Source: Propylenella sp.
Lineage (GTDB): Bacteria; Pseudomonadota; Alphaproteobacteria; Rhizobiales; Afifellaceae
DNA: 54,749 bases
Direction: 5' to 3'
NCBI GenBank assembly: GCA_050728815.1
Contig: JBOHKB010000371.1
Coordinates: 1-54,749 of the forward strand
The position numbers and the translations under genes were made by a program. Shown here piece after piece: positions 36,902-45,019 of the stretch (position 1 is the stretch's first letter; each line of letters opens with the position of its first letter). Below the pieces are notes generated by a model, which saw nothing but the letters and a program-made list of their open reading frames with translations, had not been told where the DNA came from and ran no database searches.

Positions 36902-38407
36902 TTGACCGAGCTCATTTCCAATCTGAGCTTCGGCTTCTCAGTCGCCCTGTCTCTCCAGAATGTCGCGTTGTGCCTACTCGGCTGCCTGCTCGGTACGCTC
37001 ATTGGCGTGCTGCCCGGCATCGGTCCCATTGCCACGATCGCAATCCTCATGCCGGTTACCTTCGATCTGGAGCCTACGAGCGCACTAATCATGCTGGCCG
37101 GCATCTATTACGGCGCCCAATATGGCAGCTCGACTACCGCGATCCTGCTCAGCATTCCGGGCGAAGCGAGCTCGATGGTGACGGTGCTCGACGGCCACGA
37201 AATGGCCAAGCAGGGACGCGCCGGCATCGCGCTCGGCATCGCTGCGATCGGCTCGTTCTGCGCCGGATGCGTGGCGACGCTGATTGTCGCCGGCCTCGGC
37301 AGGCCCCTGACCCAGTTCGCCCTGATGTTCGGCCCGGCCGAATACTTCCTGTTGATGCTGACCGGCCTCTTGTTCGCGACGGTGCTCGCCAGGGGCTCGA
37401 TACTCCTCTCCATCATCGCCGTGCTGATCGGCGTGCTGTTGTCAACCATCGGGCCCGACCTCGTCACCGCACAGCTCAGGCTGACCTTCGGCCTGCGCGA
37501 GCTGGACGACGGGCTCAACTTCGCAGTCATCGGCATGGGTATGTTCGGCATCGGCGAGATTCTGCGTAACCTCGACCACACCGTGGTGCGCGGCGTGGTG
37601 CGCGCGAGGATCGGCCGGCTGCTGCCAGGGCCGGCCGAGCTGCGCCAATCGGCCCTGCCTATCCTGCGCGGCATCGGCCTCGGCAGCGCGCTCGGCATCC
37701 TGCCCGGCAACGGGGCCGTGCTCGGTTCCTTTGCCTCGTACACGGTGGAGAAGAAGATCGCCAAGGACGCCTCGCGCTTCGGCCACGGAGCGATCGAGGG
37801 CGTCGCGGGCCCGGAGGCGGCCAACAACGCCGGCGCTCAGACCTCGTTCATTCCGCTTCTGACGCTGGGCATCCCTCCCAATGCCGTAATGGCTATCATG
37901 GTGGGCGCCATGACCATCCACGGCATCATTCCCGGACCGCAGGTGATCCGGAACAACCCCGATCTGTTCTGGGGGATGATCAGCTCGATGTGGATCGGCA
38001 ACCTGATGCTTTTGGTCATCAATCTGCCGCTGATCGGGATGTGGGTGAGCCTGCTCAGAGTGCCCTATCGGCTGCTGTTTCCTGCGATCGTGCTGTTGTG
38101 CTGCCTCGGCGTCTTCTCCATCAACGGCGCTATCGCCGACATCATCATCATGGGAGTGTTCGGCGTGTTCGCCTATGCGCTGAGCAAGCTCGACTTCGAG
38201 CCGGCCCCGCTGATCCTCGGATTCGTGCTCGGACGCATGATGGAGGAGGCGTTGAGGCAGGCGATGATCATTGCCGGCGGCGACCCGTCGACATTTCTCA
38301 GGCGGCCGATAAGCGCGACTCTGATAGTGATGCTGCTCCTCCTGCTGGCCGTCGTGCTGCTACCCTCCGTTCGCCGAGCCCGCGAGGTCGTTCCGGAGGA
38401 TTCCTGA
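36902..38407 (+). CDS. tctA: TTT large permease, second copy
   Basis: 501 aa. GVLPGIGP, QYGSSTTAILLSIPG and GPEAANNAGAQ; colinear with the first tctA. Confidence 0.9.
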   Translation: MTELISNLSFGFSVALSLQNVALCLLGCLLGTLIGVLPGIGPIATIAILMPVTFDLEPTSALIMLAGIYYGAQYGSSTTAILLSIPGEASSMVTVLDGHEMAKQGRAGIALGIAAIGSFCAGCVATLIVAGLGRPLTQFALMFGPAEYFLLMLTGLLFATVLARGSILLSIIAVLIGVLLSTIGPDLVTAQLRLTFGLRELDDGLNFAVIGMGMFGIGEILRNLDHTVVRGVVRARIGRLLPGPAELRQSALPILRGIGLGSALGILPGNGAVLGSFASYTVEKKIAKDASRFGHGAIEGVAGPEAANNAGAQTSFIPLLTLGIPPNAVMAIMVGAMTIHGIIPGPQVIRNNPDLFWGMISSMWIGNLMLLVINLPLIGMWVSLLRVPYRLLFPAIVLLCCLGVFSINGAIADIIIMGVFGVFAYALSKLDFEPAPLILGFVLGRMMEEALRQAMIIAGGDPSTFLRRPISATLIVMLLLLLAVVLLPSVRRAREVVPEDS

Positions 38408-38606
38408 TCTCTGAAGAAGCCAGTTCAGCGAGGCTCTTATTGACAGTACCTGTTTTCGATTCGAGGTTTTGATGCCCTCCAGTGGTTTGCCGTTTCACCC
38501 CAAAAGGCCGAAATATCGCTTCCGGCCGGCGCACGAGGCAAGCTGTCCTTGGCAACGATAATGATGCCATGCTTGATGCCATCGCGGCGTCGAATGGGCT
38601 ATCGGG

Positions 38607-38897
38607 GTGTCTCGACCAGGTTGTCAAATCGCTCAGCCGGATTTTTCCGGGTCTCGGCTGGCCGCATTTCGCCCGCTACCAATCGAGCGGGTGCTGAAGC
38701 ACGGGGCGCGGCGAGCGGCGGAGATGCGCGAGGGCGCCGCCACTATTGAATCTCTGCGCCTGCACGGCCGCCTGGCGGAAGCCATCGCAGACGTCGAGGA
38801 GAAGATGGGGTATCTCCCGCGCGAGGGATTGCATCGGAGCGAACTTGCTGATGAGCTTGCGGAGCTTGTCGTGATGCGGCGGAGCCGGTCGAAGTGA
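38607..38897 (+). CDS. hypothetical ORF in a decayed region (possibly non-coding)
   Basis: 96-aa track ORF with no recognisable motif or obvious SD. Confidence 0.15.
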   Translation: MSRPGCQIAQPDFSGSRLAAFRPLPIERVLKHGARRAAEMREGAATIESLRLHGRLAEAIADVEEKMGYLPREGLHRSELADELAELVVMRRSRSK

Positions 38898-39010
38898 CGC
38901 TTAGACGGCAGGCTTGCTGCTTCAAATGTGCCGGCAGATTCGAGAGGCTGGGCCACGCTTGATGCATCTCTCAATCGGAAAGGGGGTGGCGGCGGTGGGA
39001 ATATGAGTGA

Positions 39011-39266
39011 AGCTGCCAACGTCTCGCCCAGCGCCGTGAAATCTACATCTACGACTTCGCCGTGGCGACCGAGCACCGTCGTAAGGGCATCGCAACGAGG
39101 CTGATCGAGAAGCTGAAGGGAATCGCCGCCAAACGCGGCGCATACGTAATCTTTGTGCAGGCCGACCGCGGCGATGTCACCCGCCATTGCGCTCTACAGC
39201 AAGCTAGGAACGCGCGAGGATGTGCTACACTTCGACCTATATCCTACCCACAAACCTGCCGACTGA
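39011..39266 (+). pseudogene. AAC(3)-I-like GNAT N-acetyltransferase remnant (5'-truncated, frameshifted)
   Basis: One frame reads ..[47 protein letters not shown]. After a +1 shift near 39176-39180 it continues [28 protein letters not shown] (stop 39264-39266). This matches the remembered AAC(3)-I C-terminus ([44 protein letters not shown].HFDI). In-frame stops lie upstream. Confidence 0.6.
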
Positions 39267-39497
39267 CTTAGAAAAGTCCGCCGCGCTAGGCGACGCGGCG
39301 AGCAAATGCGACTCATGGGACGCGTATGGTTAGGCGAACGCGCTGGCAACGAGAAGGATGGCGGCGAGCGCAAAGCGTGAGCATCATAAATGTGCTGGTT
39401 TTCTCGGTGCGCGCAGCAACGCAGATCGACGTCTCCTTTAACGACACGTCCAGACCGACATGATGTTTCATGGCCATCCTCCATCGCGTTGCTGCCT

Positions 39498-39522
39498 GGC
39501 AGATCGAGTGACTCGATCTGCC
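39498..39522. repeat. perfect 25-bp palindrome (12-bp arms ggcagatcgagt / actcgatctgcc around one central g)
   Basis: Read directly. It lies in non-coding DNA about 315 bp upstream of the first gene of the EPS locus. Confidence 0.8.
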
Positions 39523-39837
39523 TCAGCCCGGAGGAACATCCCGCCAAACCGTCACCGGCGCGGCGGTTGCGCCAAACAACCGATTGCCCCATCTCCGAGT
39601 AGATGGCAGAACAATCAGATCTCCGCACCAGCCGTACATCCCTTCAGTGCAGCCGTTGGTGACCACGGATTTCCGCCTGTGATCTGGCTTTTTGAACTAA
39701 GGAGAACCTGCGGCTGAGACCTGAGGTTGGGACGCTCGCTATAGAGAGGCCCATCGCCTTATTCCTGACGATCCTTTGAATCTATTAGATAGCCGAGGGG
39801 CGGTGGCGACCTGCTGCCGATCTGGTGGCTGACTACA

Positions 39838-40551
39838 ATGGTGTGGGGGAATGTCGTGGCGGCGAAGCGAATGAGGGTGGAGCCCGATTGGGATGCGTAT
39901 CTGCGTCAGTTTGAGCAGAACTATGAGACCCTCAACTACTCCAAGAACTTGTCGTCCCGCGTGCTCGCCCATAGCCACCATGTGCTGGAGGCTATGCTCT
40001 CCCCAAAGCTCCATTTTCCGCGTGTCGTGGAGGTAGGTGCGGGGTCCGGAATCCACTTTGCCAGCGTCCGGCACGGATTCGACCGCTATCTAATGACGGA
40101 CGGCAACCCTCATATGCTAGAGCAGGCGAGGCGAAAGACCGGTGCGGATCATCGCTTTGATTTCCAGCGTGAGGACGCGTCACGGCTCTCTTTCCCGGAC
40201 GATGCCTTCGATCGCCTGATCGCCGCACACGTCCTGGAACATCTTCTCAATCCCCACGAAGTGTTGAGAGAGTGGGCGCGCGTCGTGAAGCCGAGCGGGA
40301 TCGTGTCCCTTGTTCTCCCTTCTGACCCAGGTTTCCTCTGGCGCTTCGGCCGGCGTCTTGGGGTCCGGCGGCGTGCAGAGGCGGCCGGGATGGAGTACGA
40401 TTACTGGATGGCGAGGGAGCACGTAAACTCTATCTGGAATCTCGTGACCCTTATCCATTACTATTTTGACGAGGTCGAAGAGCGATGGTGGCCATGCAGG
40501 CTCCCCGCCCCTGATGTCAACCTCATCTATGCGGCCAACATCCGCGTGTAG
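39838..40551 (+). CDS. class I SAM-dependent methyltransferase
   Basis: 237 aa. VVEVGAGSGIHF (motif I), FDRLIAAHVLEHLLNPHEVLREWARVVKPSGIVSLVLP. Confidence 0.75.
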   Translation: MVWGNVVAAKRMRVEPDWDAYLRQFEQNYETLNYSKNLSSRVLAHSHHVLEAMLSPKLHFPRVVEVGAGSGIHFASVRHGFDRYLMTDGNPHMLEQARRKTGADHRFDFQREDASRLSFPDDAFDRLIAAHVLEHLLNPHEVLREWARVVKPSGIVSLVLPSDPGFLWRFGRRLGVRRRAEAAGMEYDYWMAREHVNSIWNLVTLIHYYFDEVEERWWPCRLPAPDVNLIYAANIRV

Positions 40552-40555
40552 TCGG

Positions 40556-40906
40556 ATGCAGATTCTAACCATTCTAGCTTGTGTCGCGGCTATCGTCGCG
40601 GGCCAGTTGCTGTTCAAGTTGGTCGCGATCGAGCTTGGCGCCCAAAACCTCATGGCGTTGGCGACCAGTCCGAAGGCTGCATTTCTGCTGGGAGTCGCAC
40701 TTCTGCTCTATGCAGCTGCGACCTTTGCGTGGGTGTGGGTGCTGCAGGGTGCGCCGCTGAGCCGCGCCTACTCCTTCATGTCGCTCAGCTTCGTGGCCGT
40801 CCCGATTCTGGCGGCCATGTTCTTAGGGGAAACCCTGTCGATACGCGCAGCCGCCGGGACTGCCCTGATCGTCGCCGGTATCCTGGTCAGCGCGAGCGAG
40901 CTCTAG
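40556..40906 (+). CDS. half-size EamA/SMR-like (DMT superfamily) 4-TM membrane protein, ArnE/ArnF-like
   Basis: Internal ATG 40556 of track ORF 40466..40906. MQILTILACVAAIVAGQLLFKLVA...SRAYSFMSLSFVAVPILAAMFLGETLSIRAAAGTALIVAGILV. Confidence 0.6.
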   Translation: MQILTILACVAAIVAGQLLFKLVAIELGAQNLMALATSPKAAFLLGVALLLYAAATFAWVWVLQGAPLSRAYSFMSLSFVAVPILAAMFLGETLSIRAAAGTALIVAGILVSASEL

Positions 40907-40973
40907 GCCGAAGATGCGTGCACGGAGGTACTCGGCACTGTTAGCCACCTTTGATCTTCGAAGGGGTCGCCGG

Positions 40974-43004
40974 ATGAAAGCTGTGAGATTCGCGCTTCTC
41001 GTGCTTGCGGCGGGATATGGCCTGGTCACCGCCGCCCTACTTTGGAACTGGCGGTACGTTTCTCCCTATGCCGCACCCGCCTACACGCAGGAACTGCTCG
41101 ATCGCTTCGAGCGCGGCTCGGTCGCCGACTTGACGCCGGAGTTGAGAAAGCTGAGGCGGTTCAGCCCGGCGATCGCCCTGATTCTTGAGGGCCAGCTGGC
41201 GGAGCAGGAAGCGCAGGTCGGCCGGGATCCCCTCAGAGCGCTAGCGACTGCACGTCAAAAATTTGCGGCGGCCGCCCAAATGGGTGGATCCACCGCGCAC
41301 GAGGCTTATGTCCGCCTCGCGCTCCTGCTGAAACGCCACCAGGTGCCCGGGGAGGACCGTTTCGACGTCGCAGACCTTCTCGAACGGGCGAGGTCGCTCG
41401 GCTCCTCGCGAGCCGCTTACGAGTTGGGCCTACTGCATGAATCTGGGGAAATCGTGGGCCGGAACCGGAGGCGAGCGCTCGCTCTCTTTCAGGAGGCCGC
41501 CGCCTACGTCCCCGAAGCCGCCTTAAAGACCGCACACTACGTCGATTCGGGCGAAATCGAGGGGCTTAGCCGGAGCTACGTGGAAGACCTCCATGAGCGG
41601 GCCCGCAGCACTTTCGAAAAGCGAATCGCGGCGACCGGATCACCGCAGGCGATGCTCGTGCTTGCCCGCCTTCACCGTGACGGGTCTTTCGGCACTCCAA
41701 ATTATTACGAAACAGTGCGCTGGCTCACGCGGGCCTCGGAAGCCGGCAACCAGCAAGCGACCTACGAGCTCGCGCTGTTTTATTGGCAGACCAACACAGG
41801 ATTTCGTGATGTTGCGAGAGCGCGGAAGATGTTCGGCTCCCTTGCGGAGGCAGGGTTTGTCGACGCCCTGGTCAAGCTCGGACAAATGCAAGAACTCGGA
41901 ATAGGTGGGCCCAGGAATGTGACTGGCGCCGTCGAACTCTACGCGGACGCCGCTGAACGCGGTTCCGGTGAAGGGCTCCTGCGCTACGGGCAGGCGCTGC
42001 GCGACGGCCGCGGCGTGCCGAAGGACCTGCCTGCCAGCTTCGGGATGCTCAAGCGCGCCGCCGAGCGTGGAAGCTCAGCGGCAGCTCTCGAACTGGCGCG
42101 GGCCTACGAAGGCGGACTGGGCGTCGGGCACGATCCGGAGGCAGCGGTCAGTTGGTATCGCATCGCCGCAGATCGAGGCTCCAGGACGGCGATGGTCTGG
42201 CTGACCCGAGCATACGCGGAGGGCGAGGTCACCGAGAGCGACGAGGGACGCAGCCTTGAATGGGGACTGCGCGCAATCGACGCGGGCGCCGATCAAACGG
42301 CGATTGTGAGGAAAGTTGCGATCGGACTAATCGAGGGAGAGGAGATCGAGCTCAACAGAGAGAGAGGGTTCAGGCTGATCCTCTCGCTGGCGGAGCGAGG
42401 TGACGGCGCGTCAATGCTGCAAGTCGCGCGCTGCTACGCGTTCGGGATAGGCGTGCAGCAGGATCCGGCCGCGGCGATCCAGTGGTACCAGCGTTCCGCC
42501 GAGACCGGACGCACCGCAGCGTACTGGGAACTTGCTCGCGCCTACGCCTCGGGATTCGGGGTGGAACTCGACTCGACGCTTGCCTACGACTTCATGGTGA
42601 GGGCAGCGAACGGCGGATACGCCGCCGCCATGGTCGACCTTGGCCGCATGTACGTTACCGGATTCGGGGCTGTCCAAGATCTTCCTGAGGGAGAGCGGTG
42701 GTTCAGGGCGGCCGCAGAGAAGGGCAGCTTGGAAGCGATGCTCGAGCTCTCAAACCTGCATCGCGAGGGGCTTGTCCAAGGCGCGTCCCCAGAGCAGGCG
42801 GTTGAGTGGTTGAAGAAGGCCGCTGCTGCCGGCAGTGCCCGGGCGAAATACGTTTTGGCGCTTGCCTATCTTGAGGGGGATATCGTGTCGCAGGACCGCC
42901 ACGCCGCAGAAGCCCTGCTTCTGGAGTCGGCGGCGCAAAACCACGCGCCGGCCAAAGTCCGCCTCCTGAGCCTCGGGCGTCCGGCCCCGGTGGTCACTGA
43001 ATGA
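40974..43004 (+). CDS. Sel1-like repeat (SLR/TPR-like) protein with an N-terminal membrane anchor; AlgK-analogous scaffold candidate
   Basis: Track ORF 40914..43004 trimmed to ATG 40974 (MKAVRFALLVLAAGYGLVTAALLW; no lipobox Cys). It contains many ~36-aa repeats of the form A..W...AA..G...A...L, for example PEAAVSWYRIAADRGSRTAMVWLTRAYAEG. Confidence 0.75.
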   Translation: MKAVRFALLVLAAGYGLVTAALLWNWRYVSPYAAPAYTQELLDRFERGSVADLTPELRKLRRFSPAIALILEGQLAEQEAQVGRDPLRALATARQKFAAAAQMGGSTAHEAYVRLALLLKRHQVPGEDRFDVADLLERARSLGSSRAAYELGLLHESGEIVGRNRRRALALFQEAAAYVPEAALKTAHYVDSGEIEGLSRSYVEDLHERARSTFEKRIAATGSPQAMLVLARLHRDGSFGTPNYYETVRWLTRASEAGNQQATYELALFYWQTNTGFRDVARARKMFGSLAEAGFVDALVKLGQMQELGIGGPRNVTGAVELYADAAERGSGEGLLRYGQALRDGRGVPKDLPASFGMLKRAAERGSSAAALELARAYEGGLGVGHDPEAAVSWYRIAADRGSRTAMVWLTRAYAEGEVTESDEGRSLEWGLRAIDAGADQTAIVRKVAIGLIEGEEIELNRERGFRLILSLAERGDGASMLQVARCYAFGIGVQQDPAAAIQWYQRSAETGRTAAYWELARAYASGFGVELDSTLAYDFMVRAANGGYAAAMVDLGRMYVTGFGAVQDLPEGERWFRAAAEKGSLEAMLELSNLHREGLVQGASPEQAVEWLKKAAAAGSARAKYVLALAYLEGDIVSQDRHAAEALLLESAAQNHAPAKVRLLSLGRPAPVVTE

Positions 43005-44884
43005 ACTCAGTCGCTGACGCAACGAGTGCACTCGACGGATTTGGAGGACATCGCCTGAGGGCGCCCGGTCCGTTAACACTCGCGACAAGGTCCGTCCTGC
43101 TGGTCGCCGTCGACATGGCGATCTTGCAGATTCTCGTCACCCAATTTGGCGCAGGTCCGTTCACGGCCCGGCTCGCCTCTCTTTTGATGGCTACGGCCGC
43201 CTTGGCCTGGTGGGGCTCGCGCTCTGTCGATCCGTCGGCAGGACTACACCTCCCCGCCTTCTTGCTCGGCCTGGTTACCGACTATTTCGCCTATGCAGCC
43301 ATCGTCCATCACATCGGCGCAATCTCCCAGCTTCCCACGCTCGCTGTGCCGGCAAGCTATGCGATCGGCCGGTTGGTCTGTTTTGTCGCCACCCGCGTCG
43401 CAAACCTGCGCAAGCGCTCCAATTTCGATGGCAGCCTCCGGACGGCCAACTCCATTGGTATCCGTGAGTTGGCCGTAGTGTTGGCGGCTGCCTGTGCCGT
43501 TGGGCTGTCGGGCAACTACGCGCTGAACGCCCTCCTGGCCGCGCTCGACAAAGAGCCGCTGCGGTCAACGCTGCGCCATGCCTTCGAGGTGGGGGACCTG
43601 CAGATCGCCTCGGCTTTGGTCGGAAACAGCGACCTCGGCGTCCACCAGACGACCGACTGCCTCATTTTCGATATGGCGTCCCAGGAAACCATCGATCCGG
43701 CTCTCTATCTGCTGGCGGGCGCCCGAACGGAGGGCGCATCCGGCTATTTTGGATCGAACTGCGCCGCGCTGAGGGACCGCCTCATCGGCGACACCGTGGT
43801 TCGCGGCTCGAACTGGTATCTGCGCTACCTGCACGGAGATCGGGCGGTAGCCATCCTGCTTCTGAAGTTTCTCTCGGTGCGCGAGCTGAGGGTGACCCTG
43901 AAAGCCTCGTGCTACGGGATCTTCGGGCTGGGGATTGTAATGAACCTTTTGCTTGCCGTGTGGCCGTCGGGCGGCGGCAGCTTTTCGTGGAGGCCGGATC
44001 ACGTTGCGCTGGCGCTGATCGGCGTCCCGTTTCTCACGTTCTTTGGCATCCCCTATTTCGGCCAATCCATAACCATGGCGCCTGCGGCCTTTGTGGTCGG
44101 GCTCTTTCTCATGGCCGTGAGCGTTCTCGTATGGCTGAACCGCCTGACGGAGAGAACAGCCGTATTTCTCGCGATCGGGTATGGGCTGCTGACGGCTTAT
44201 TTTGAATTCCTGACCGGCTATGCTCCTGTGGGGGCCTGCGTCCTACTGGCTCTCGGAGCCATCATCGGATCGTCGAGGGCCATGTCGCTTTGGCAGCTGA
44301 CGCGGTGGACGACGCTCACCGTCGGCGCCTTCGCCAGCGCCTTGATAGGAATGTTTGCCCTGCATCAGGTCGTGACAGCAGCCTTCCACCCCTTAGGGAA
44401 GCAGATCCTTCTTTCCTTTCTTTTTGCTCTCTCAGTGCGCATGGGTGGGACGACCGAAAGCGCCGGCGGCGAGGTGATCACGCCGATTTCATTTACCGAC
44501 CTCGGCAACGCCCTCCTCGCCCATTTGCCCCATCTTGGAGTCTTCGGCGAAACCGCGGCCTTCGGAATCATTTTGGCGTCGCTTGGCCTGTGCCTGTTCC
44601 TCACCTGCGACATCCTGGTCAGCCGGCTCACGCTGGCCGACAAGGCCTGTTTTCTGCTTGCCTCAGGTTCCTTCCTTCCCGTCGGGCTCTGGATTCTGTT
44701 GTTCAAGAACCACACCGTCGTTCATTCCAGTTTCATGGTACGGCTCCTCGTCGTGATCCCGTTGGCGGCGTTTTTGAGCCTCTACCTCTGGGCGTTTTTC
44801 TTGCCTCGCCTCAGGGCCCAACGCCCTGTGAAATTGCGCGAGGGGCGGGACGGAATGGCGGGCAGTCGCTTCAGCGGTACTTGA
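43001..44884 (+). CDS. 627-aa polytopic membrane protein of unknown function; N-terminal ~130 aa resemble a GtrA-like 4-TM domain
   Basis: The start overlaps the Sel1 gene stop (ATGA). There are 12 or more hydrophobic segments plus a ~130-aa soluble loop (DKEPLRSTLRHAFEVGDLQ...YLRYLHGDR). I recognise no MBOAT, Wzy or GT-A motifs. Confidence 0.6.
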   Translation: MNSVADATSALDGFGGHRLRAPGPLTLATRSVLLVAVDMAILQILVTQFGAGPFTARLASLLMATAALAWWGSRSVDPSAGLHLPAFLLGLVTDYFAYAAIVHHIGAISQLPTLAVPASYAIGRLVCFVATRVANLRKRSNFDGSLRTANSIGIRELAVVLAAACAVGLSGNYALNALLAALDKEPLRSTLRHAFEVGDLQIASALVGNSDLGVHQTTDCLIFDMASQETIDPALYLLAGARTEGASGYFGSNCAALRDRLIGDTVVRGSNWYLRYLHGDRAVAILLLKFLSVRELRVTLKASCYGIFGLGIVMNLLLAVWPSGGGSFSWRPDHVALALIGVPFLTFFGIPYFGQSITMAPAAFVVGLFLMAVSVLVWLNRLTERTAVFLAIGYGLLTAYFEFLTGYAPVGACVLLALGAIIGSSRAMSLWQLTRWTTLTVGAFASALIGMFALHQVVTAAFHPLGKQILLSFLFALSVRMGGTTESAGGEVITPISFTDLGNALLAHLPHLGVFGETAAFGIILASLGLCLFLTCDILVSRLTLADKACFLLASGSFLPVGLWILLFKNHTVVHSSFMVRLLVVIPLAAFLSLYLWAFFLPRLRAQRPVKLREGRDGMAGSRFSGT

Positions 44885-45019
44885 ACACCGCATCTATCCC
44901 AAGAAATCTTTTCAGTCGCCGCCAGGCTGCCATCTTTTTGGCACGCCGCCGCACTCTATTGGTTCCGGCGGCTGGCATCTGCCTTGCTCCTCGCACAGCG
45001 GCGAACGGGGTCAAGTTCA

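Noticed and set aside
38520-38600. Possible extra N-terminal AAC(3)-I fragment (..VLGNDNDAMLDAIAAS..) about 400 bp upstream of the GNAT remnant
   Set aside because: The similarity is only a few residues, and the spacing would require an unexplained ~270-bp insertion. It is too weak without BLASTX.
38633-39187. 184-aa minus-strand ORF, and 39194..39628 (144 aa), in the decayed spacer
   Set aside because: They have no motifs and no SD. The first overlaps the better-supported plus-strand GNAT remnant. I consider them non-coding.
44883-44915. AlgU/sigmaE-like promoter (GAACAC ... TCTTT) upstream of the algD-like gene
   Set aside because: The match to GAACTT-N16/17-TCTGA is poor in both hexamers and spacing. 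It is not distinguishable from chance.
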